From NCBI GenBank assembly GCA_964468865.1, contig CAYXWQ010000005.1, positions 19,641-83,640 on the forward strand: DNA of 64,000 nucleotides. Reading direction: 5' to 3'. Each line of letters begins with the position of its first letter. The stretch's first letter is position 1. The DNA comes from an uncultured Sulfuricurvum sp. Its GTDB lineage: Bacteria; Campylobacterota; Campylobacteria; Campylobacterales; Sulfurimonadaceae. Below the pieces are notes generated by a model that was not told where the DNA came from, did no database searches, and worked only from the letters and a program-made list of their open reading frames with translations. Below, in pieces: positions 9,341 to 19,077 of this stretch. The translations under genes were made by a program, and so were the position numbers.

Positions 9341-10437
9341 AAAACACTCATGAGCATGGCGCCGATGCGGCGCTGCTGGAGCTGATCAACCAAACAGACG
9401 ACAAACTCTCTTTTGTCGACAGGGACTACATATACCGTGCCGTCAATCAGGCCTATGTCCAGCTTTTCAACAGACCTGCCGATGACATCATCGGACAGCC
9501 AATCTGGAACATCATGGGAACGGATGCTTTCGAGAAAGTGGCCAAACCCTATCTGAACCGCGCTTTGAAAGGTGAAGAGATTTCGTATGAAGCATGGTTC
9601 GATTTTTCCTCTGCCAAGCGCACCTATATGATCGTCCGCTACCGCCCCTATTTTGACCCGAAAGGAAACGTCGGCGGAGTCTTCGTCACTGCAACCGATA
9701 TTACCGAGCGCAAACGGCTGGAAGAGGAAAAGACACTCTACGAACAGCTGATGATCACCCAATCACGGATGGCCCATCTTGGAGAAATGATGGCGTTCAT
9801 CGCCCATCAGTGGCGGGGGCCGCTGAACACACTCAGCACCTATTTGCTCCGTTTCAAAATGGAATTCGGATGCCATTTCGAGCATCCTCACCATAATTTG
9901 CTGGATCGGAGCGAAAAGGTGCTCATAAACATGTCGGAGGACATCGAAGAACTGTACCGCTTTTATAACCATAGCGACCACAACAACGACGTACGGATAA
10001 AGACCTCTGCCGAGCAGGCTGTTTCCTTGTTGGAACACCGCCTCAACGCAGAAAAAATCCGTATCCTCATCACCATTCCGCAGGAGTACGCACTCTCTTA
10101 TCATCAAAGCCATCTGCTCCACATTTTCACCGTTTTTCTGGAAAACGCGCTGGATGCATTCAGCAGCATAGAGCGTTCCGAGAAACGGATTGAGATAGGC
10201 GCTTACGAGGATGAATACTCCCTTTTTGTCGAAATCAGCGATAACGCGTCAGGGATTGATCCGGCCATAGCGTCCCGATTGTTCGAACCGGGGATCTCGA
10301 CCAAAACCGTTCCGGGCCATGGACATGGCCTCTATTTTGTCCGAAAACTGCTCTTTGAACATTTAAACGGTGCATTGGAACTGCTCCCCTCTTGCGAAGG
10401 AGCCCGTTTTCGGCTGAGGATTCCAAAAACCTTCTGA
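9337..10437 (+). CDS. Soluble PAS-domain sensor histidine kinase
   Basis: PAS with DITERK; QSRMAHLGEMMAFIAHQWRGPL H-box; ENALDA, DNASGI, GHGHGLY; ATGA overlap with the regulator. Confidence 0.9.
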   Translation: MKNTHEHGADAALLELINQTDDKLSFVDRDYIYRAVNQAYVQLFNRPADDIIGQPIWNIMGTDAFEKVAKPYLNRALKGEEISYEAWFDFSSAKRTYMIVRYRPYFDPKGNVGGVFVTATDITERKRLEEEKTLYEQLMITQSRMAHLGEMMAFIAHQWRGPLNTLSTYLLRFKMEFGCHFEHPHHNLLDRSEKVLINMSEDIEELYRFYNHSDHNNDVRIKTSAEQAVSLLEHRLNAEKIRILITIPQEYALSYHQSHLLHIFTVFLENALDAFSSIERSEKRIEIGAYEDEYSLFVEISDNASGIDPAIASRLFEPGISTKTVPGHGHGLYFVRKLLFEHLNGALELLPSCEGARFRLRIPKTF

Positions 10438-10544
10438 TAGCCGGTGCACTGAAGCGCCGGAAAATCCCCTAAAAACACACCGCACTTTCGCATATCTTTG
10501 CACAAAAATATCCCCAAAAACTATAGAATTAATATTGCACTATA

Positions 10545-10553
10545 TGTTATAAT
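10545..10553 (+). promoter_or_regulatory. Extended -10 promoter (TGtTATAAT) for gdhA
   Basis: TGTTATAAT about 25-30 nt upstream of the start, in AT-rich intergenic DNA. Confidence 0.6.
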
Positions 10554-10577
10554 CCTTACAATTTTGTAAGAAAGTGA

Positions 10578-11936
<1,359 letters not shown>

Positions 11937-11967
11937 ACCCCTCCCCTTGCAGCATCTCTAACCCGGC

Positions 11968-11994
11968 CGATCCTTTTTGGATCGCCCCTTTTCT
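11968..11994. terminator. Possible terminator hairpin between convergent gdhA and glgP
   Basis: CGATCC-TTTTT-GGATCG followed by CCCCTTTTCT. Confidence 0.35.
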
Positions 11995-11997
11995 GGG

Positions 11998-13641
11998 CTA
12001 AGCATCGTACATCCGCGTATAATACTCATGCACCATCCGCCCCGTATCAAACGCATTATGGACATCGTTCATCGCATTGTTCATGATTTTGACCCACTCT
12101 TTCGGCTCGTCATAATAGCACGGAAGAATCTTCCCTTCCAGAATATCCATCAGATTTTTGTTGTCCAGCCGATCCTGCACGTCTACCGGAAGCGTATGCT
12201 CCTGCGGAGGAATCGTAAAAGCGTTCAGTCCGTCTTTGGCAAACTCCGGATGCCATCCGTCATTGATCGAAAAATGGATGGAGCCGTTCATGCTTGCCGT
12301 CATTCCGCTCGTCCCGCTCGCTTCCCGGGTGATCCGCGGCGTATTGAGCCACAGATCGCTCCCCTGCTTCAGCATCCGTGAAAGATCCAGTTCATAGCAG
12401 GTCAGCACGGCGATCCGCGGGTAATGGTGGGAGAGTTTCTCCAGTTCATTAAAAATATTGATGGCATCGGAATCAAAAGGGTGCGGTTTCCCCGCCCAGA
12501 TCATCTGCACCGGATAATTGTCCTGGGTAATCAAACGGATAAACCGCTCCATGTCGTATTTGATCAGTCCGGGACGCTTGTACTCCGTAAAGCGGCGCGC
12601 CCAGACAATCGTAAAAACTTCGGGATCGAACATTTTCCCCGTCTGGTCGGCCACCTCGGAAAAAAGAAGTTTTTTCAAGTGCTTTTTGCGTGCGATCACT
12701 TCGTAGTTTTCATGTTCGTCAAGGGCACGCAAAAGAGTCTTGTCGGTCCAGAAACGGCGGTTCTGGGCGTTGGTGATCGAGATGATCGGACATATCCCCT
12801 CGTACGCGCTCCACATCCTGTTCGCAACCTCTTCGTGCAAAGCCGAAACCGCATTGGCGATCTTGGCGCTGCGGAGAGCTCCGAGGGTCAGGCTGAACGT
12901 GTTCTCGTTCTCGTATCCCATGATTCGGCGCGCTTCACTGAGACTGACCGATCCGAAAAAACCCATTTCGTACAGAAAATCGATGTCATGCTCTTCATTC
13001 CCCGCTTTTTCGGGGGTGTGCGTCGTAAAGACAACCCGGCGGCGCACCTGATCCATGTCACGGTAGCGGGCGTAAAGCTCATAAACCATCGGCAGGGCAT
13101 GCCCCTCGTTCATATGGTGGATATCGACACCGCAATCAATGGCGTCGAGCATCCGGGCCCCGCCGATCCCCAAAACGATCTCCTGAGCCACTCGGGTCCG
13201 TTCGTTGGCGTCGTAAAGCTTGTGGGTAATGGTACGGGAGAGAAAGTCATTTTCATCGGTATCGGTCGAAAGGAAAACGATCGGGGCCGTCCCGAAAATC
13301 CCGGGGCGGAGCATATACCCTTTCACGACGACCGATTTTCCGTTGATGACCACCGTTACACGGGGCGAAAGCTCTTCAAGAAAATAGTAGTATTTGCGCG
13401 TAAACTCCACTTTCAGGGTGCGGTCTTCGTTGCGCCCCTGATCGTAATATCCGAAACTCCACAAAATCCCGACACCGATGGCATTTTGTTTAAGATCGTA
13501 GACGCTGCGCATGTGCGAACCCGACAGAAAACCAAGCCCTCCGGCATAAACTTTCAAGGCCTGATGGACGCCGAATTCCATCGAATAATAGGCTACTTTG
13601 GTCTGATAGCGCTCGTTGAATTCATAATCGTGATATGACAT
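11998..13641 (-). CDS. glgP: Short alpha-glucan phosphorylase (GT35); PLP-site Lys replaced by Thr
   Basis: YSMEFG, YAGGLGFL, HMNEGH, FTTHT, ARRFTEYKR, AGKPHP, DLWLNTP, EASGTSGMTASMNG. Confidence 0.92.
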   Translation of the reverse strand: MSYHDYEFNERYQTKVAYYSMEFGVHQALKVYAGGLGFLSGSHMRSVYDLKQNAIGVGILWSFGYYDQGRNEDRTLKVEFTRKYYYFLEELSPRVTVVINGKSVVVKGYMLRPGIFGTAPIVFLSTDTDENDFLSRTITHKLYDANERTRVAQEIVLGIGGARMLDAIDCGVDIHHMNEGHALPMVYELYARYRDMDQVRRRVVFTTHTPEKAGNEEHDIDFLYEMGFFGSVSLSEARRIMGYENENTFSLTLGALRSAKIANAVSALHEEVANRMWSAYEGICPIISITNAQNRRFWTDKTLLRALDEHENYEVIARKKHLKKLLFSEVADQTGKMFDPEVFTIVWARRFTEYKRPGLIKYDMERFIRLITQDNYPVQMIWAGKPHPFDSDAINIFNELEKLSHHYPRIAVLTCYELDLSRMLKQGSDLWLNTPRITREASGTSGMTASMNGSIHFSINDGWHPEFAKDGLNAFTIPPQEHTLPVDVQDRLDNKNLMDILEGKILPCYYDEPKEWVKIMNNAMNDVHNAFDTGRMVHEYYTRMYDA

Positions 13642-13675
13642 CCGCTTCCTTGCTCGTTGAAAATGATACGTTACT

Positions 13676-14515
13676 CTATTTTAGCCAAAAATCCGGCCGT
13701 ATCAGCAAACCTGCACCGATGAGAGGGGCATCTTCGAGATCCCCTTCGACGATGCGGCACTCTTTCCATGAGGGCGAAAACGTCCGAACGGCGGCGGCAG
13801 TTCGTATCCGCTCCCTGAGGCGGGGGTTGTGTTCAAATATCCCTCCCCCTATCACCAGATATTCAGGGTTATGGAGGGTAATCATCAGCGAGGCGGCAAA
13901 CGCAAGCGCCTCTTCCGCCGTTTCGGCAATCCGCTGTTCGGCCTCGCTCCCCCTCAGCAGCCATTCGTCCAGTGAGCCCTCGGAGAGACGGTAGTATCCG
14001 CGGTGCTTGTCGATACCGCTGCCCGAGGCAAAAAGTTCCAGACAGTCCATTTTGCCGCAGCCGCACCGAAACGGTGCCGGCCGGTAGCTGACATGCCCTA
14101 TCTCGCCCGCCATGTTGTTATGCCCTCGGACGATTCTCCCCTCGCTGATCAGCGCCGAACCCAGCCCGCTCCCCGCATACAGCACCGCTACCGAACCCGA
14201 ACCAAGGTGCCTCTGATACGCCAAAGCGGCGCATTTGAGATCATTGTCAACGGAGACGCGCAGATCGGGAAAGCGCTGTTCGAGTTCTGCTTGGAGATCG
14301 GGAAGCGATACCTCCACATTGGGCGCGGAGAGGATTTTCCCGTGCGACACCTGCCCCGCGAAGGCGATCCCGACATGCCGAAGCTGCGGATGGGTTTCGA
14401 GTAGCCCCAGCAGCTGTGTTTCCCAACCTGCCGACGCTGAACGCACCACCTCCCCCTCACCCAGCCGGTACCGAAAATAGGTCCCGCCGACATCAGCCAG
14501 AAGGGTCGAATCCAT
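13676..14515 (-). CDS. ROK-family sugar kinase (probable glucokinase)
   Basis: LADVGGT, DND, GSGLGSA, AGEIGH, CGCGKMDCLE Zn motif. Confidence 0.88.
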   Translation of the reverse strand: MDSTLLADVGGTYFRYRLGEGEVVRSASAGWETQLLGLLETHPQLRHVGIAFAGQVSHGKILSAPNVEVSLPDLQAELEQRFPDLRVSVDNDLKCAALAYQRHLGSGSVAVLYAGSGLGSALISEGRIVRGHNNMAGEIGHVSYRPAPFRCGCGKMDCLELFASGSGIDKHRGYYRLSEGSLDEWLLRGSEAEQRIAETAEEALAFAASLMITLHNPEYLVIGGGIFEHNPRLRERIRTAAAVRTFSPSWKECRIVEGDLEDAPLIGAGLLIRPDFWLK

Positions 14516-16092
14516 CAGCCGTATATCCGAAAATCGATCGACGGGAAAATGGAATTTTTTCGTTCCAGACGCTCCAGAAATTCGGACTCTACATCAGCGT
14601 CCTCCACCATCTCGTACAGACGGTTAAAGTTGCTGATGTGCTCCTTGGTCCGCTCAGTGCTGTATTCCATCGCCGTCCCCGTCGTCATCAGAAAGGCCCA
14701 GTCCGAACTTTGCGCCAACAGCAGCTCCCTCGCCATCTGGTTCAGGGCACGTACACGCAAAGAGTCACTCTCATCCATGAACTTCCCGGCGCATTCGCAC
14801 ATACGGTCGCTCATCAGGTGAAGATGTCGGTATATCCAGTCGTTCCCGCCGTTAATCCATACATCGAAATATCCCCTGTCACCCCATGACGAGGGGTTGG
14901 GAAAGACCACCTGGTTCTGGGGGTACAGATCGAGGTACTGACGTGCGTTGATCGCCTCAATCACCCCGTGCTCATGGCACTCTTTGAAAAAATAGTACAG
15001 AAAATCGGGCCCCTCGAACCACCAGTGGCCGAACAGTTCGGCATCATAGGGGGAGACGATCATCGGCGGGCGGTCCATGAACCCGCTCAGATAATCGATC
15101 TGTTTTTCGCGGTTGAAATGAAAATTTTGTGCGTGCGATTGTGCCGCTTCCATCGCCTCATAAGGGTTGTAGCGCTGTTTGTCGTTCCCCTCGCCGGTGA
15201 TTTTGTAGTATTTGAACCCCGTAAACCCGCGCGTTCCGATCGGATCGAGATAGGGGGCGACATACTCGAACGGCAGGTCATACCCGATATCGCGGTAAAA
15301 ATCGCGGTAGCGCGCATCACCCGGATACCCCTCTTTGGAACTCCAGACCTGCTTGGAGGATTCGGGATCGCGTCCGAACGCGGCCACTCCCTCAGACGTA
15401 TAGACGGGGGCGAAAACGCCGTATTTCGGCGCGGGGCTAGCGAGGGCGATGCCGTGCGAATCCATGAAGAAATACTCGATCCCCTCGCGCTTGAGGATCG
15501 CATCCAGTCCGTCGTAATAGGCGCATTCGGGGAGCCATATCCCTTTAGGCGGCTTGCCGAACGCCTGAGTGTGGACCTTGACCGCCTGTGCGATCTGCAC
15601 TTCGACCGCTTTTTCGTTGACGCTCATCAGCGGCAGAAATCCGTGGGTCGCGCCGCAGGTGATGATCTCCAGCATCCCGTTACGCTCAAAATGGCGGTAT
15701 CCGTTCAGGAGGTTCTGACCCAGAAAAGTGTGGTAAAAATCGCGTATTCGGCGGAAACGTTCGTCATAATAGGACGCCGTCTCGTAAAACGGATCCCCTT
15801 CGAGCCGCACCAGCTCTTTGGCAGCGAGTTCGCATTGGCGCTCCAGATGCCGTCCGAATTTTTCCATCAGCAGCGTATCGTTGAACATCTCTATCAGCGG
15901 AGGGGTCACAGAAACCGTAAGCCGTACATGTACCCCCTCCTCTTCCAGCCGTTTCAGATTGAGAAGGAGGGGAATGTAGCACTCCTCTATCGCCTCGAAA
16001 AACCATTGTTCTTCGAAAAAAAAGTCGAATTCGGGATGTTTGACAAAAGGAAGGTGCGAATGGAGCACCCCGAGCCAGTACCCCCGTCTCAT
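14515..16092 (-). CDS. GH57 1,4-alpha-glucan branching enzyme (DUF1957 C-terminus)
   Basis: LHSHLPFV, ATHGFLPL, WLPECAY (nucleophile), PYDAELFGHWWFEG (acid/base), RELLLAQSSDWAF. Confidence 0.92.
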   Translation of the reverse strand: MRRGYWLGVLHSHLPFVKHPEFDFFFEEQWFFEAIEECYIPLLLNLKRLEEEGVHVRLTVSVTPPLIEMFNDTLLMEKFGRHLERQCELAAKELVRLEGDPFYETASYYDERFRRIRDFYHTFLGQNLLNGYRHFERNGMLEIITCGATHGFLPLMSVNEKAVEVQIAQAVKVHTQAFGKPPKGIWLPECAYYDGLDAILKREGIEYFFMDSHGIALASPAPKYGVFAPVYTSEGVAAFGRDPESSKQVWSSKEGYPGDARYRDFYRDIGYDLPFEYVAPYLDPIGTRGFTGFKYYKITGEGNDKQRYNPYEAMEAAQSHAQNFHFNREKQIDYLSGFMDRPPMIVSPYDAELFGHWWFEGPDFLYYFFKECHEHGVIEAINARQYLDLYPQNQVVFPNPSSWGDRGYFDVWINGGNDWIYRHLHLMSDRMCECAGKFMDESDSLRVRALNQMARELLLAQSSDWAFLMTTGTAMEYSTERTKEHISNFNRLYEMVEDADVESEFLERLERKNSIFPSIDFRIYG

Positions 16093-16667
16093 CGGTTCTC
16101 TTTTGAAACGTGCAGCCCTATGGAGCTGACCATTCTGCCGGATGAGCCGCCTTCCTCATCCGGAAGCGACGCTTTGAGAAGGGGGGTGCCGTTTTTCTCC
16201 ATCCACCACTCTCCCTTTCTGTACCGGTCGTTGGGAGAGGTCACCTTCTTGGATCGCAGCACGGTTCGGGTCATTCCGTCCGGACCCGTCCATAGCAGCA
16301 CCGCATGCAGCGACGAAAACGGCTCATGGACGGCGAGATAATAGCTGCCGACATCCCCCCGTACCTCCGCACATTCCACCCGCTCATCCCCGCGCATCAC
16401 ACACAAACTCATCACGCTCCCGCCGTCCATCCCCAGGGCGTGTTTCGTAGCGTCAGAAATTTCCCAGTAGAAAAACAGGCGATGGGGATTGACCATCAAC
16501 AATGCGCACCTATCCCGATTGTAACGTTCGGGAACACTGTGGTTTCCCGAACCCGGACCCGCTATCCGCTGCGCGAACAGGTCCACCTCGTGTGTATGAC
16601 TCGAAAAATGGTCTTCTTCCAGACTTTTTTCCATTATTTCCCGCGGTGCCATCTCCACTCCTTTCAT
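16089..16667 (-). CDS. DUF4912-like protein
   Basis: VPERYNRDRCALLMVNPHRLFFYWEI resembles the DUF4912 'LP..Y....LL..DP..L..YW' pattern; position next to a GH57 branching enzyme fits. Confidence 0.7.
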   Translation of the reverse strand: MKGVEMAPREIMEKSLEEDHFSSHTHEVDLFAQRIAGPGSGNHSVPERYNRDRCALLMVNPHRLFFYWEISDATKHALGMDGGSVMSLCVMRGDERVECAEVRGDVGSYYLAVHEPFSSLHAVLLWTGPDGMTRTVLRSKKVTSPNDRYRKGEWWMEKNGTPLLKASLPDEEGGSSGRMVSSIGLHVSKENR

Positions 16668-18079
16668 GGGTTAAGAGAACGATAAAGAGCCATGTACGCC
16701 AACGCCGGCCGGTGCCATGAAAAGTCTTTATTCATATTATAAACGATCAACTCTTTCATCATCGCTTCGTTGCCGTACAGCGACAGCGCTTTGATCAGAG
16801 CATGCATAAACGATGCGACGTCGCACTTCTCCATCCCAATCCCGATCCCCGCATACTCCGAAGGAGGAGTTTGGCCAAGATCACTGAAATCGGCCACCGT
16901 GTCCCTCAATCCCCCGGTACAGCGAACGATGGGAATGGAGCCGTAGCGCATCGCGATCATCTGGGCCAGACCGCACGGTTCGAATTTAGAGGGCATCAAA
17001 AAGAAATCGGAAGCCGCGTAGATGCGCCGACTGAGTGCTTCATCGTATTTCAGGATGATTTTGACGTTCTCATAACGCTGAAGCGTTTTACACAGCGATT
17101 CGTAGACGCTCTCGCCGCTGCCGAGAATGACAATGTTCAGCGGGGCATCCTGAACGCTGCGGATCACCTCTACGAGCTCCCTGATCCCTTTTTGCTCCGC
17201 CAGCCGCCCCACATACGCCAGCAGGGGGCGGCGGCTATCAGATAGCGACAGTTCGTCGCACAAAGCCTCTTTCTGGCGCTTTTTGTTCTCCAGATGGCGG
17301 GCATCGAACGGATGTTCCAGCGAGGGATCGTGCGAAGGGTCGAATTCGGCGGTATCGATTCCGTTGAGTACCCCTGAGAGTTTCGTCTGATGGCGCAGCA
17401 GAAAACTCTCCAGCCCCGCTCCGTATTCGGGTGACGTGATCTCCTTCGCGTACGAGGGGCTGACCGTGCTCACCGCATCCGCGTAGGCGATCCCCCCTTT
17501 GAGAAAATTGACCTGATCGTAAAATTCCAGCCGTTCCATCGTGAAAAGCTCCCATCCCAGATTCAGCCTCTCGACCGCCTTTTTGGAAAACACCCCCTGA
17601 AACGCCAGATTATGGATGCTCAAAACGATACGGCACTCCAGCCTGTAAACGGCTTTGGCCAGCGGAGCCGCCAGAGCGCTTTGCCAGTCGTGCAGATGCA
17701 GTACGTCGATGGGGATATGCTCAGCCGCCAAGACACACAGCGCATGGGCGAACATTCCGAAGCGGAGATCGTTGTCGGAGGATTCGTACAGGGTGTCACT
17801 GTCGCACAAAAGCGGATGGTAGATAAAATAGGTCTCCATCCCCTCAAAAATAGTATGATATACTTTAATATCAAATGTTTTCTCTCCCAGTTCAAGCGAA
17901 AATGCAATGCTTGTCGGCTTGATGCCGAAACGTTCCCTCTCTATCGAACGGAAGAGAGGAATGACCGCAATTGTCTTTTCATATCGGGAGAGTTCTTTGC
18001 ACAGCCCTCCGACGGCATCGGCCAGTCCTCCGCTTTTAACATACGGAAACAGTTCGCTTGCCGCCATTGCTATCGTCAT
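16664..18079 (-). CDS. glgA: Glycogen synthase (GT5)
   Basis: PYVKSGGLAD, HLHDWQ, IHNLAFQG, TVSPSYAKEI, NGID, MPSKFEPCGLAQ, TGGLRDTV. Confidence 0.95.
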   Translation of the reverse strand: MTIAMAASELFPYVKSGGLADAVGGLCKELSRYEKTIAVIPLFRSIERERFGIKPTSIAFSLELGEKTFDIKVYHTIFEGMETYFIYHPLLCDSDTLYESSDNDLRFGMFAHALCVLAAEHIPIDVLHLHDWQSALAAPLAKAVYRLECRIVLSIHNLAFQGVFSKKAVERLNLGWELFTMERLEFYDQVNFLKGGIAYADAVSTVSPSYAKEITSPEYGAGLESFLLRHQTKLSGVLNGIDTAEFDPSHDPSLEHPFDARHLENKKRQKEALCDELSLSDSRRPLLAYVGRLAEQKGIRELVEVIRSVQDAPLNIVILGSGESVYESLCKTLQRYENVKIILKYDEALSRRIYAASDFFLMPSKFEPCGLAQMIAMRYGSIPIVRCTGGLRDTVADFSDLGQTPPSEYAGIGIGMEKCDVASFMHALIKALSLYGNEAMMKELIVYNMNKDFSWHRPALAYMALYRSLNP

Positions 18080-19077
18080 AAACGCTCCTTGTACAGACGT
18101 GCCGCCTCTTCGGGGGGCATCGGGTTGATGGAAATCTGATCTTCGCTCTCCAGCGCACTGATCCCGAACAAACGGGGAACAATCATCAGGTAAAACGTAT
18201 GATGAACCCCGCTCCCGTGGTTATTTGAAACCGTATCCCTGAAAACCATATTATACGCCACTTTCTCCCCCAGAACCCTTTTGATCAGGGCGATTGAGCG
18301 CTGAAGAATCGACGCCAGCGCCTCAATCTGCTCCGGCACCGCATCGGCAAGAGACGCCAGGACGCACCGCGGTGCGATCCGCAATTCGAAAGGGTTTCCC
18401 GACGCAAACGGTGCATAGAGGCAAAAGTCCCCCTCGCTCCAGACGACCCGCTCCACCTCCCCGATGCTCATGGCGACCTCATCGAGCACCAGATGGCGGC
18501 AGTGTTCGTGATAATACGACTCCTCGCGCTGGAGTATTTGGTCGATGTGCGAGGGGACAAACGGGAATGCCACAATCTGCGTATGCGGATGGACAAGCGT
18601 TTCCCCGGCCAGAATACCGACGTTTTTGAAAACACTGATATAAATGATCCGGCTGTCCTTGCGCAGGTCTATGAGGCGTTTGCGAACCATTTTCAGATAC
18701 GATTCCACCTCCCCTTTTTTCATGACCGCCAGATCCGCATCGTGTTCAGGGGTCTCTATCAGTATCTCATGGGCTCCGAAGCCTCCCCGGCTTGGAAACA
18801 GCCCCTCCTGGAATGGTAAAGGGTCCGCTTCGATCGAAACCGCCTTGTAGCGGTTGGAAACGACACGGTTGATCCATCCCGGAGCGTTTCTGGAGCGTTT
18901 CGGATCGGAAGCCGTGACATCGATCTCTCCGTCGCTTAGCGCTTCGTTCCCTTCGCAAAAGGGGCATTTTACGATATCTACGCGCATATCATGCGCCTTC
19001 AGCGTCGGTTTTTTCAGACGGTGGGGGGCGATAATGACCCACCGGTTTTCGAGAAAATCATAACGGTAGCTGCTCAT
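18076..19077 (-). CDS. GalT-superfamily nucleotidyltransferase (Gal-1-P uridylyltransferase / ADP-glucose phosphorylase-like)
   Basis: WVIIAPHR, CPFCEGNE, GFGAHEILIETPEH, FKNVGILAGETLVHPHTQ (HPHxQ). Start at ATG 19077 after GGGGTG RBS. Confidence 0.85.
   Translation of the reverse strand: MSSYRYDFLENRWVIIAPHRLKKPTLKAHDMRVDIVKCPFCEGNEALSDGEIDVTASDPKRSRNAPGWINRVVSNRYKAVSIEADPLPFQEGLFPSRGGFGAHEILIETPEHDADLAVMKKGEVESYLKMVRKRLIDLRKDSRIIYISVFKNVGILAGETLVHPHTQIVAFPFVPSHIDQILQREESYYHEHCRHLVLDEVAMSIGEVERVVWSEGDFCLYAPFASGNPFELRIAPRCVLASLADAVPEQIEALASILQRSIALIKRVLGEKVAYNMVFRDTVSNNHGSGVHHTFYLMIVPRLFGISALESEDQISINPMPPEEAARLYKERL

Noticed and set aside
12424-16341. Long plus-strand ORFs (404 and 457 aa) in the glucan operon
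   Set aside because: Antisense to glgP and the GH57 branching enzyme, which carry clear catalytic motifs.
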